From contig NZ_SODD01000012.1 in assembly GCF_004365815.1 (NCBI RefSeq), forward strand, positions 1 to 32,000: a DNA stretch of 32,000 nt. Direction: 5' to 3'. Position numbers and translations under genes: made by a program. The DNA is from Breznakia blatticola. Lineage in GTDB: Bacteria; Bacillota_I; Bacilli_A; Erysipelotrichales; Erysipelotrichaceae. Positions 8,543 through 16,139 of this stretch are shown piece after piece; position 1 is the stretch's first letter; each line of letters begins with the position of its first letter. The notes beneath the pieces are model-generated. The model was not told the DNA's origin. It did not search any database and was given only the letters and a program-made list of their open reading frames with translations.

Positions 8543-9651
8543 AGAGGAGGAACTATGAAAAAGCTTATTTTAAAAGTATTAACGGTAGTAATGCTTATGG
8601 GATCTACACTTGTGATGACAGGTTGTGGTTCAGATTCAGATTCTGGTGGATCATCAGATAAAGGATTTGTAGGTATCTCAATGCCTACAAAGTCAGCAGA
8701 ACGTTGGATTGCTGATGGAAATAACATGGTCACGGAACTAGAAGCACTTGGTTATAAAACAGACTTGCAATATGGTGAAGATAAAGTAGAAAATCAAGTA
8801 GCACAAATTGAAAACATGATCACAAAAGGTGTAGATATCTTAGTCATCGCATCGATTGATGGTAGTGCCTTAACTGATGTTCTTCAAAAAGCACATGATG
8901 AAGATATTGTAGTTATCGCATATGACCGCTTATTAATGAATTCAGAATATGTAGATTACTATTCAACGTTTGATAATTTTGGTGTAGGAGTTTTACAAGC
9001 AACATACATTGAAGAAAAATTAGGCTTAAAAGATGGAGCAGGACCATTCAATATTGAATTATTCGGTGGAAGTCCAGATGACAACAACGCATTAATTAAC
9101 TTCAATGGAGTAATGAGTGTACTAGAAACATACATCGATAATGGACAACTGGTTGTACCTTCAGGACAAACAAACTTTAACCAAATCGCAACATTACGTT
9201 GGGATGGATCTACTGCACAAGCAAGAATGGATAACCTATTAAGTGCAAACTATACAGATAAAACATTAGATGCAGTCTTATCACCATATGACCCAATTAG
9301 TTTGGGAATCATCTCATCATTAAAAGGAGTGGGATATGGAGATGCAGATAAACCATTACCAGTAATCACAGGACAAGATGCAACAATCGCAGGAGTGAAA
9401 TCAATTATCGCAGGAGAACAAACACAAACGATCTTCAAAGATACAAGAACACTAGCCAAAAACACAATCAAAATGATTGAAGCGATAACAGCAGGAAAAG
9501 AAGTAGAAGTAAATGATACAGAAACATATGACAACGGAGTGAAAGTTGTACCAACATATTTAGCAAACCCAGTATCAGTAGATAAAGAAAACTACAAGAA
9601 AGAGCTTATCGATACAGAATACTACACAGAAAAAGACTTGGCAGAGTAATC
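8543..9651 (+). repeat. Direct repeat, copy B
   Basis: See copy A. Mismatch positions here are 8725, 8794, 8956, 9178, 9541, 9610 and 9640. Confidence 0.95.
8555..9649 (+). CDS. ABC sugar transporter substrate-binding lipoprotein, ChvE family (copy 2, protein identical to copy 1)
   Basis: The 364-aa translation is identical to that of 4357..5451. Same RBS. Followed by an intrinsic terminator. Confidence 0.9.
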   Translation: MKKLILKVLTVVMLMGSTLVMTGCGSDSDSGGSSDKGFVGISMPTKSAERWIADGNNMVTELEALGYKTDLQYGEDKVENQVAQIENMITKGVDILVIASIDGSALTDVLQKAHDEDIVVIAYDRLLMNSEYVDYYSTFDNFGVGVLQATYIEEKLGLKDGAGPFNIELFGGSPDDNNALINFNGVMSVLETYIDNGQLVVPSGQTNFNQIATLRWDGSTAQARMDNLLSANYTDKTLDAVLSPYDPISLGIISSLKGVGYGDADKPLPVITGQDATIAGVKSIIAGEQTQTIFKDTRTLAKNTIKMIEAITAGKEVEVNDTETYDNGVKVVPTYLANPVSVDKENYKKELIDTEYYTEKDLAE

Positions 9652-9669
9652 TCTCTCTAATTATTTAGT

Positions 9670-9708
9670 CACACAAAACCGTCATCTCATCGTGGCGGTT
9701 TTTGTGTG
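9670..9708 (+). terminator. Rho-independent terminator of the ABC operon
   Basis: Stem CCGTCA (9679-9684) / TGGCGG (9693-9698) followed by TTTTTGTGTG. The outer arms CACACAAAA / TTTTTGTGTG extend the helix. Confidence 0.7.
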
Positions 9709-9757
9709 TTCACCTGACAAAGATAGTGAAAAAATAAACAAAGTGTTTATAAAATGC

Positions 9758-9786
9758 TTAACATCTTTCAATAAATATATTATAAT
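9758..9786 (+). promoter_or_regulatory. SigmaA-type promoter for the 488-aa membrane protein gene
   Basis: TTAACA (9758-9763), 17-nt spacer, TATAAT (9781-9786). RBS AAAGGGAG lies before ATG 9828. Confidence 0.6.
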
Positions 9787-9827
9787 TCCATTTGTGTGTT
9801 TGAAGTAATTAGAGAAAAGGGAGACTT

Positions 9828-11294
9828 ATGAAAAACTTATTAGAATCAAAATTTTCGAAGAAAAATCTTCGATTGATTTCCATGGCTATGGGAATCGCTG
9901 CGTTAATTTTTTATTTTATTACAAAAAGTTTAACGTCATCAATCGCTAGTGGTGGTTCACTAGGAGCATTTACATTTGTGTTTATCGTATTCTATGTATG
10001 TATTGCATTGGCATCAATTTTAGCGATCTACTATGCATACCGTATTTACTTCAAGAATCAAGATAAAGATGTATCAGTGGCAATTACATTTGGGGTGTGC
10101 TGCTGGACAATTGTAATTTTATTATTAAATATTCAAACCGTTATGTTCTTTTACAAAGCTGCTAATGCAACTTCGTTTTGGGATTTAGCTGCACTTGCAG
10201 ATAGTGCGGAAAGTGTAGAAATGGCTGCACATTTACTTGATTTAACATTATGGGTACTTGTAATCTTAGCAGGATACAATGGATATATGTTCAACAAAAC
10301 AAAAGGTATGCCTGAAGAAGTAGCACAACCAACTGTTACAGCTACAGAAACAAGTACAGCAGATACTACAACTGCATCAACGTCTACATCAACTGCAAGC
10401 GAATCACCTGATTTAGATAAAAAACCAAATGAAACGGTTGAGAAAATCAAAGGATTTGTGGCAACAAAAAAAGGTAAAGGAATTATTGCTGGTGTACTTG
10501 TTGTATGTTTAGTAGTAATTGTTGGCTTTAATGTACTATCAAATCGTAAAACAGAAGTAGACTTAACAAAAGCAGTAGAAGTAACATTTGAAGGTGTATC
10601 TGGGGAAGGATATGCATATATTACAAATGATGAAATCGAATTTGATGGAAATGACGATGATGTGGAAGACTTCATCGACAATGTATATTTCACATTAAGT
10701 AAAACAAGTGGATTAAAAAATGGTGATGAAATTACCTTAAAAGCAAAATACAATAGTTCACTTGCTGATAAATATAAAATTGATCCAATCAATGACAAAC
10801 TTACGGTTACAGTTGAAGGATTGGATATTGAATTTGAAAGCTATGATGATTTAAGCAAAGATGAAAAGAAAAAAGTAGAAACAGCTTGGACTGAGTACTT
10901 TGAAGATGGATCAAACTTTGATGAAGAAGTTAGAGATGACTTAGAATATGACTTCAAACGTGATTCAACGATTGCTTTATCAGATAAACAAGTGGTAGGA
11001 AGATACTATGGGGATAGTGAATATGCTGGAGATGATGTAATTGTTTACGTCGTAAAAGTTACTGCTTCAGGTACAGAACGTTACGATGATAAAGAAAAGA
11101 AAATCACAAGATACTACCATATCAACCTTCAAGATGTAACACCAAAAACAATTGAAAAAGTTAAGAAAAATAAATTCGAATTAACATACAGTAGTGAACT
11201 TACAGATGTTGATAACGATGCAGATGCGCTTGAAGAAACAGTTGATTACTACGAAGGTAGATACAACGACTATACAATGACAAAACTTAAATAA
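9828..11294 (+). CDS. Uncharacterised membrane protein: 4 N-terminal TM helices, Thr/Ser-rich linker, fifth TM, acidic ~250-aa C-terminal domain
   Basis: 488-aa ORF with its own promoter and terminator. Hydrophobic segments lie at about res 17-37, 45-70, 83-105, 135-155 and 216-238. Linker is PTVTATETSTADTTTASTSTSTASESP. I recognise no catalytic motif. Confidence 0.75.
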   Translation: MKNLLESKFSKKNLRLISMAMGIAALIFYFITKSLTSSIASGGSLGAFTFVFIVFYVCIALASILAIYYAYRIYFKNQDKDVSVAITFGVCCWTIVILLLNIQTVMFFYKAANATSFWDLAALADSAESVEMAAHLLDLTLWVLVILAGYNGYMFNKTKGMPEEVAQPTVTATETSTADTTTASTSTSTASESPDLDKKPNETVEKIKGFVATKKGKGIIAGVLVVCLVVIVGFNVLSNRKTEVDLTKAVEVTFEGVSGEGYAYITNDEIEFDGNDDDVEDFIDNVYFTLSKTSGLKNGDEITLKAKYNSSLADKYKIDPINDKLTVTVEGLDIEFESYDDLSKDEKKKVETAWTEYFEDGSNFDEEVRDDLEYDFKRDSTIALSDKQVVGRYYGDSEYAGDDVIVYVVKVTASGTERYDDKEKKITRYYHINLQDVTPKTIEKVKKNKFELTYSSELTDVDNDADALEETVDYYEGRYNDYTMTKLK

Positions 11295-11300
11295 TGACAT

Positions 11301-11327
11301 AAGACAGACTTCGGTTTGTCTTTTTTG
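11301..11327 (+). terminator. Rho-independent terminator
   Basis: AAGACAGA - CTTCGG loop - TTTGTCTT, followed by a T-run. It begins 7 nt after the stop codon. Confidence 0.85.
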
Positions 11328-11433
11328 TTTATAAAATATAGGGCAAAGTTAAAATAATTCATAAAAACCTTGGCAAGACAAAGAATTAATGATATATAAT
11401 AAAGATAGAATATAAATAAAGGTTGGTGATAGC

Positions 11434-12147
11434 ATGGAAATGAAAATATGTATCGTTGATGATGAACAAGTACAAATTGATCGATTACAAGAATATATCA
11501 ATCAACATGAAACGTTTTTAGAGTTTAAAACTATAACGTTTCACGATTCGACAGATGTAAATATTCTTGCTGAAGAATTTGATTTGTATTTTTTAGATAT
11601 CGATATGCCCAAACGTACAGGATTTGAATTAGCAAAAATGATTCAAAAGAAATATCCAGATGCGATCTTTATTTTTGTAAGTGCCCATAGTGAGTTTGTC
11701 TATGACTCGTTTAAATTTAATGCGTTTTATTTTGTAAGAAAGTTTACTTTTGAAGCTGATATGATTGATGCCCTTCATCTAGCAGAAAATAAATTGAAGA
11801 AATATGCAAAAAAATATGAAATTAATAGCGTTGATGGAGAAAAACAAATTGTGAATTTTGGAAATATTTTATATTTTGAAAAAATGATCAATCAATTGTT
11901 GGTGACACTAACAAATGGAAAGACGTATACCGAACGTAAAAGTATGAAACAACTACTGCAAGAAGTGAATTTAGATCTTGTAGGTTTTGTGTTAATTAAC
12001 GCGGGTACGTGTGTCAATTTAAAAGGTGTAAATAAACTTGTAGACAGCGAAATGGTGATGAGTAATGGAGAACACCTAGCCATCAGCCGCCGTCGTTTTA
12101 GTGATGTGCGAAATGCGTATCATCGTTTTTTGATGGAGAGTGAATAA
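11434..12147 (+). CDS. LytTR-family response regulator (AgrA/ComE-like)
   Basis: 237-aa ORF. Receiver domain (ICIVDDE, LYFLDIDMPKRTGFE). C-terminal LytTR-type DNA-binding domain (ILYFEK...TYTERKSMKQL..FVLINAGTCVNLKGV). Confidence 0.88.
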   Translation: MEMKICIVDDEQVQIDRLQEYINQHETFLEFKTITFHDSTDVNILAEEFDLYFLDIDMPKRTGFELAKMIQKKYPDAIFIFVSAHSEFVYDSFKFNAFYFVRKFTFEADMIDALHLAENKLKKYAKKYEINSVDGEKQIVNFGNILYFEKMINQLLVTLTNGKTYTERKSMKQLLQEVNLDLVGFVLINAGTCVNLKGVNKLVDSEMVMSNGEHLAISRRRFSDVRNAYHRFLMESE

Positions 12148-13424
12148 TGCGAACAATTGAAGTAGATTTTTTATACAATGTCGTTCAAAGTCTTTTGATC
12201 GTATCTTTTTTTGTGCGCTATTTTAAGATGAAAAGTAATTTTACACCGGCGCACTTTATATTATGGGTGTTGATTTGTACAGTTGGTTCGATGTTTAGTG
12301 GATTGGAAAGTACTGCAGCACGGCAAGTCAATATCCTGATTACATCAGTATTCTATATTCCGTGGCTTTACTATTATGCATACGGACCAAATATTGAAAA
12401 GATATTTATAACTTTTTTTGCCTTACAACTAAGTGCAATGTGTTCTTCTTTGGTGACAATCATTCTGTCATTCTTTCTGTATCAAAATATTAATTTGTAT
12501 TTAGTTGTAGATGAATACTATGATTTAATCGTATGGTTGACTTATGCCTTACTGGCAATCACAACCTATTTAATATCCAATCAAAGAAAACACATACGTT
12601 CGCATATGGACAATGTCATGTTGCAATGGTTTATCTTATTTCTTATTGTAGTAACCATTATGTATTTATCACTCGAACATGTCATTTTTAAAGATGTTCT
12701 TGTGATTACGGATATGATGCTAGCTCTAATTGGCTTGTTTGTTGTTGTTATTTCTGTATTTATTCTTTTTTTCCATATGCAAGCTAGTAAGGAAAAAGAA
12801 ATTGAAAGTGGACTAAAGATGCGTTCACTTGAATTTGAAAGTCATTTATATGATATGGCAGTTAACGCCAACCAAGAAACACGTAAGATCAATCATGATT
12901 TAAAACACTTTGTGACACACATGAAGTATTTATTAGAAAAAGGGCAATTTGAATTGCTCGATCATGAATTGGATGATTTTATTGGAAAGGTAGATAAAAA
13001 CAGTTTGGTTCTAACAAACAATACAATCATTGACTATATTTTGAACTTAAAACATGCAATTGCTTTAGAAAAAGGTGTGTCAATGCGTTATGTGATTAAT
13101 GTGAGTGAAGATGCACATATCAACAATGTAGATATGTCGATTTTGCTTGGGAATTTGATTGATAATGCAATTGAAAATGCCAATGATGGTGTGGTTGAAG
13201 TGCGTGCAGAAAATAAAAATGAATATGTTCATATTACAGTAAGTAATGCGATTAAAGAAAGTGTACTTGAACATAATCCAGATTTCAAATCCTCAAAAAA
13301 AGGACGAAATCATGGACATGGACTAGTCAGCGTACGCGAGATTATTGAGCGAAATGAAGGGTCTATGGAAATCAAGGAAAGCCAAGGAAGGTTTATTGTT
13401 TCTGCACTTTTCAAAGAGAGTTAA
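12147..13424 (+). CDS. AgrC-like (HPK10, GHKL/HATPase_c_5) membrane sensor histidine kinase
   Basis: 425-aa ORF. It has about 6 N-terminal TM helices, an H-box (KINHDLKHF), an N-box (LLGNLIDNAIEN) and a G-box (GHGHGL). The start overlaps the regulator stop (TAATG). Confidence 0.88.
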   Translation: MRTIEVDFLYNVVQSLLIVSFFVRYFKMKSNFTPAHFILWVLICTVGSMFSGLESTAARQVNILITSVFYIPWLYYYAYGPNIEKIFITFFALQLSAMCSSLVTIILSFFLYQNINLYLVVDEYYDLIVWLTYALLAITTYLISNQRKHIRSHMDNVMLQWFILFLIVVTIMYLSLEHVIFKDVLVITDMMLALIGLFVVVISVFILFFHMQASKEKEIESGLKMRSLEFESHLYDMAVNANQETRKINHDLKHFVTHMKYLLEKGQFELLDHELDDFIGKVDKNSLVLTNNTIIDYILNLKHAIALEKGVSMRYVINVSEDAHINNVDMSILLGNLIDNAIENANDGVVEVRAENKNEYVHITVSNAIKESVLEHNPDFKSSKKGRNHGHGLVSVREIIERNEGSMEIKESQGRFIVSALFKES

Positions 13425-13470
13425 TGTGGAAAACAAACCATTATTTCTTATTAAAATTGTGAAATATAAC

Positions 13471-13512
13471 CATTTTTCACGAATTAAATACCAATAATCA
13501 CGATTTTATTAC
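13471..13512 (+). promoter_or_regulatory. Tandem imperfect 21-bp direct repeat with TCACGA core (LytTR-type geometry)
   Basis: Unit 1 is 13471-13491 (CATTTTTCACGAATTAAATAC). Unit 2 is 13492-13512 (CAATAATCACGATTTTATTAC). They are 15/21 identical. The TCACGA cores at 13477 and 13498 are exactly 21 bp apart. Unit 2 abuts and overlaps the -35 box. Confidence 0.4.
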
Positions 13513-13536
13513 AAACGAAAAAAAATAGTGTATGAT
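13509..13536 (+). promoter_or_regulatory. SigmaA-like promoter
   Basis: TTACAA (13509-13514), 16-nt spacer, TATGAT (13531-13536). Confidence 0.4.
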
Positions 13537-13623
13537 GTGTCCGTGAAGAGGAAGACATCAGAATTAAGGGCAATGGTTCCGTTGTTTCGCTCTTTATAGA
13601 AAAATCAGATTTTGGAATAAGTC

Positions 13624-13707
13624 ATGGCGATATCTTATAATGTACTCATAATAACAAGCGCTATAATATTATTTCTCCAATCGTTCAATCAAAAAAAAGA
13701 GGGATAA
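13624..13707 (+). CDS. Hypothetical 27-aa hydrophobic peptide (MAISYNVLIITSAIILFLQSFNQKKEG)
   Basis: ATG..TAA ORF read by hand inside the candidate transcript. One TM-like stretch is followed by QKKEG. The RBS is weak (GGAA only). Confidence 0.2.
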   Translation: MAISYNVLIITSAIILFLQSFNQKKEG

Positions 13708-13807
13708 CACTTGCAAACAACATAATCGTGTATAAGGGTGTAAAGGAATAGGAAGTTTTTGGTTGAAACTTATCGACATAGACTTGAGGGGCAAATTCAA
13801 ATTCTGA

Positions 13808-13840
13808 AGAAGACATTGGGAAACTGATGTCTTTTTTTCT
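13808..13840 (+). terminator. Rho-independent terminator
   Basis: AAGACAT (13810-13816) / ATGTCTT (13827-13833) stem, followed by a run of 7 T (13832-13838). Confidence 0.65.
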
Positions 13841-14090
13841 ATTTATTCATATTTGTAATAATATGATTGCTATAAGAATAATTAATACTGGATCATGATT
13901 GATAACATTTTATTATAAAAAATGACGAAAACATCAAATAATTACATGCTTAGTTATTTTAAAAATGGTCATAGTCATATGAATTCTTATATTGGTAAAG
14001 TGGATTTTCACCGTATTTATCATAAAATAAAATGAAAAACAGAAATGTTTGTCTTTAAAATGAGGACAAAGAATTATATGTGTCCGCATT

Positions 14091-14107
14091 TTGTGAATTA
14101 TTCACAA
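14091..14107. promoter_or_regulatory. Perfect 17-bp palindrome TTGTGAA-TTA-TTCACAA (candidate operator)
   Basis: Read directly from the sequence, ~100 nt upstream of the antiporter start. The half-sites equal Rex/CRP-FNR-type half-sites, but the spacer is 1 nt shorter than the canonical one. Confidence 0.35.
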
Positions 14108-14205
14108 GTGATAACGCTTACACCTGTGACATGATGCATTATATCCAAATACATATTATTCTTTGTGATTTTTAAGAGTACAATATAGAACGTTGGAGGT
14201 TTGTT

Positions 14206-15426
14206 ATGTCATATCATTATTTATTAGATTTAGCAGCTATATTAATATCCACGAAGATTTTAGGGTTGTTTACAAAGAAGGTCGCAATGCCTCAAGTCGT
14301 GGGAGCTTTACTCTCTGGATTGATTCTTGGTCCAATGGGTTTGAATTTCCTACAGGAGACAGACTTCATCATTCAAGTAAGTGAAGTAGGTGTCATTATC
14401 TTAATGTTCTCTGCAGGACTTGAAAGTGATGTAAAAGAATTAAAGAAAAGTGGAAAAGCAAGTTTTCTAGTTGCTTGTTTAGGGGTTATTGTTCCTTTAG
14501 CAGGTGGGTTTGCTTTAGCGCATTTCTACCCAATTGGAACGACAGATCTGTTGAAAAACATTTTTATTGGAGTTATCTTAACTGCAACATCCGTAAGTAT
14601 TACGGTTGAAACACTAAAAGAGTTAGGAAAACTTACATCACGTAGTGGGAATATAATTTTGGGAGCCGCATTAATCGATGACATTTTAGGGATTATTGCA
14701 TTAACTGTAATTATTGGTCTTTCAAAAGGTAATGTGGATATTCTAACTGTATTATTAAAAATCGTTGGATTCTTTGCAATTAGTATGGTTCTTGGATACT
14801 TTATCCACAAATATTTTGATAAGTGGATGCGTTCAGCAAAGTTTGACTTACGACGTTTCCCATTAATCGCATTTGCATTTTGTTTGTTTTGGTCATATGT
14901 AGCTGAAGAAGTGTTCGGTGTAGCAGATATTACTGGAGCATTTGTGGCAGGTCTTATGATTGCCAAAACATATCGTTGTAGTTATGTAACACACCGTGTA
15001 GAAACGCTTGGATATTTATTTTTTGCCCCATGTTTCTTTGCAAGTATTGGATTGAAAGTAATCTTGCCAGAAATGGGAGCGAATATTATCATCTTTAGTA
15101 TTCTACTTTGTATTATTGCCGTACTTACAAAAATCGTTGGTTGTGCACTTGGTGCAAAACTATGTAACTTACCAAATCGTACATGTCTACGCGTTGGAGT
15201 GGGAATGATTTGTCGTGGTGAGGTTGCCTTAATTGTGGCAAGTAAAGGTCTAGCAGCAGGTTTAATTAGCGAAACGATGTTTGCTCCTGTGATCATTATG
15301 GTTATCGTTACAACCATCGTAACACCGATCTTATTGAAGGTCGTTTACAAGGATGGAGACAACAAAACTGTAGAAGCAGATGACCCATTGATTAACCGTA
15401 TGGAGAAATGCGATATCCAAGCATAA
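14206..15426 (+). CDS. Cation/proton antiporter, CPA2 family, NapA-like (no C-terminal KTN/RCK domain)
   Basis: 406-aa polytopic ORF. Na_H_Exchanger-type motifs are present (GLILGPMGL, MFSAGLE, TATSVSITV). The DD pair (AALIDDILG) is characteristic of electrogenic CPA2 antiporters. RBS GGAGG. Confidence 0.85.
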   Translation: MSYHYLLDLAAILISTKILGLFTKKVAMPQVVGALLSGLILGPMGLNFLQETDFIIQVSEVGVIILMFSAGLESDVKELKKSGKASFLVACLGVIVPLAGGFALAHFYPIGTTDLLKNIFIGVILTATSVSITVETLKELGKLTSRSGNIILGAALIDDILGIIALTVIIGLSKGNVDILTVLLKIVGFFAISMVLGYFIHKYFDKWMRSAKFDLRRFPLIAFAFCLFWSYVAEEVFGVADITGAFVAGLMIAKTYRCSYVTHRVETLGYLFFAPCFFASIGLKVILPEMGANIIIFSILLCIIAVLTKIVGCALGAKLCNLPNRTCLRVGVGMICRGEVALIVASKGLAAGLISETMFAPVIIMVIVTTIVTPILLKVVYKDGDNKTVEADDPLINRMEKCDIQA

Positions 15427-15442
15427 CAATTCGGGATTTTCG

Positions 15443-15471
15443 TTGAAAGTGTCAGTTTCAAGTAGTATAAT
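15443..15471 (+). promoter_or_regulatory. SigmaA promoter of upp-atp transcription unit
   Basis: TTGAAA (15443-15448), 17-nt spacer, TATAAT (15466-15471). Confidence 0.65.
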
Positions 15472-15518
15472 TAGTCTTGAAGAAAAAAATTTCAAATAAA
15501 GGAAATAAAGGAGATTTT

Positions 15519-16139
15519 ATGCTAAAAGTTTTAGAACACCCACTGATTACTCACAAGTTAACGCAAATGCGTAAAAAAGAGACAAAAACGAAAGATTTTC
15601 GTGAAAATTTAGATGAGATTGGTGGATTAATGGCTTATGAAATTACACGTAATTTACCAGTACGTGAAGTGGAAATTGAAACGCCAGTAACAGCAATGAA
15701 AACGTATGAATTAGAAAAAGATATCATCTTAGTGCCAATTTTAAGAGCTGGACTAGGAATGGTTGGTGGAATTAGTAATTTGATTCCAACGGTAAAAGTT
15801 GCACACGTTGGACTTTACCGTGATGAAACAACATTACAACCACACGTATATTTTGAAAAATATCCAGTTGGAATTGAAAATGCAGTCGTAATGATTGTTG
15901 ATCCAATGTTGGCAACTGGTGGTAGTGCCAATGCAGCTATCGACATGGTGAAAAAACAAGGAGCTAAAGATATTCGTCTTGTTTGTCTTGTTGGTGCACC
16001 TGAAGGTGTTGAAGCTGTTGAAAAAGCACATCCTGATGTAGATATTTATTTAGCAGCATTAGATGAAAAATTAAACGATCAGGGATACATTGTTCCTGGA
16101 TTGGGTGATGCTGGAGACCGTATTTTCGGTACGAAATAA
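15519..16139 (+). CDS. upp: Uracil phosphoribosyltransferase
   Basis: Begins [22 protein letters not shown]-binding loop [15 protein letters not shown]-terminal [16 protein letters not shown]. Start moved from TTG 15477 to ATG 15519, downstream of AAAGGAG. Confidence 0.95.
   Translation: MLKVLEHPLITHKLTQMRKKETKTKDFRENLDEIGGLMAYEITRNLPVREVEIETPVTAMKTYELEKDIILVPILRAGLGMVGGISNLIPTVKVAHVGLYRDETTLQPHVYFEKYPVGIENAVVMIVDPMLATGGSANAAIDMVKKQGAKDIRLVCLVGAPEGVEAVEKAHPDVDIYLAALDEKLNDQGYIVPGLGDAGDRIFGTK

Larger units (their letters stand above)
13543..13840 (+). ncRNA. Candidate ~290-nt small transcript (regulatory RNA and/or small-peptide mRNA) downstream of the LytTR system
   Basis: Bounded by the predicted promoter and the terminator at 13808-13840. 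The 5' segment AAGACATCAG (13552-13561) is a perfect complement of CTGATGTCTT (13824-13833), which is the 3' arm of the terminator. No long ORF. No family was recognised. Confidence 0.3.

Noticed and set aside
4345-9651. The 1.1-kb direct repeats as an assembly artefact, IS element or composite transposon
   Set aside because: The copies differ at 7 positions and have four unique junctions, which argues against a collapsed or duplicated read artefact. There is no transposase, no terminal inverted repeats and no target-site duplication. The repeat is simply RBS + CDS of a binding protein.
10151-10798. 215-aa minus-strand ORF antisense to the 488-aa membrane protein gene
   Set aside because: It lies wholly inside a plus-strand gene that has its own promoter, RBS and terminator. 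Its Ser/Thr/Ala-rich, low-complexity translation mirrors the Thr/Ser linker on the other strand, and it has no RBS. It is a shadow ORF.
11295-11433. Autoregulatory LytTR-type repeats upstream of the LytTR regulator gene
   Set aside because: There is no TCACGA motif. The only repeat (CAAAG at two positions) is 35 bp apart, not about 21 bp. No support for an autoregulated promoter can be read from the sequence.
13562-13582. AATTAAGGGCAATGGTTCCG looks vaguely like a T-box motif (AAnnnGGGTGGnACCGCG), suggesting a T-box or other riboswitch leader
   Set aside because: The match is poor, since there is no GGTGGTACCGCG core. It sits at the 5' end of the putative transcript rather than next to the terminator. 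I found no specifier-loop or Stem I features, and the next gene is 370 nt beyond the terminator. I also could not match ydaO/c-di-AMP, Na+ or Li+ riboswitch features from memory.
14091-14107. Calling the palindrome a bona fide Rex or CRP/FNR site
   Set aside because: The half-sites match, but the spacer is one nucleotide shorter than in either consensus. It is kept only as an unassigned candidate operator.
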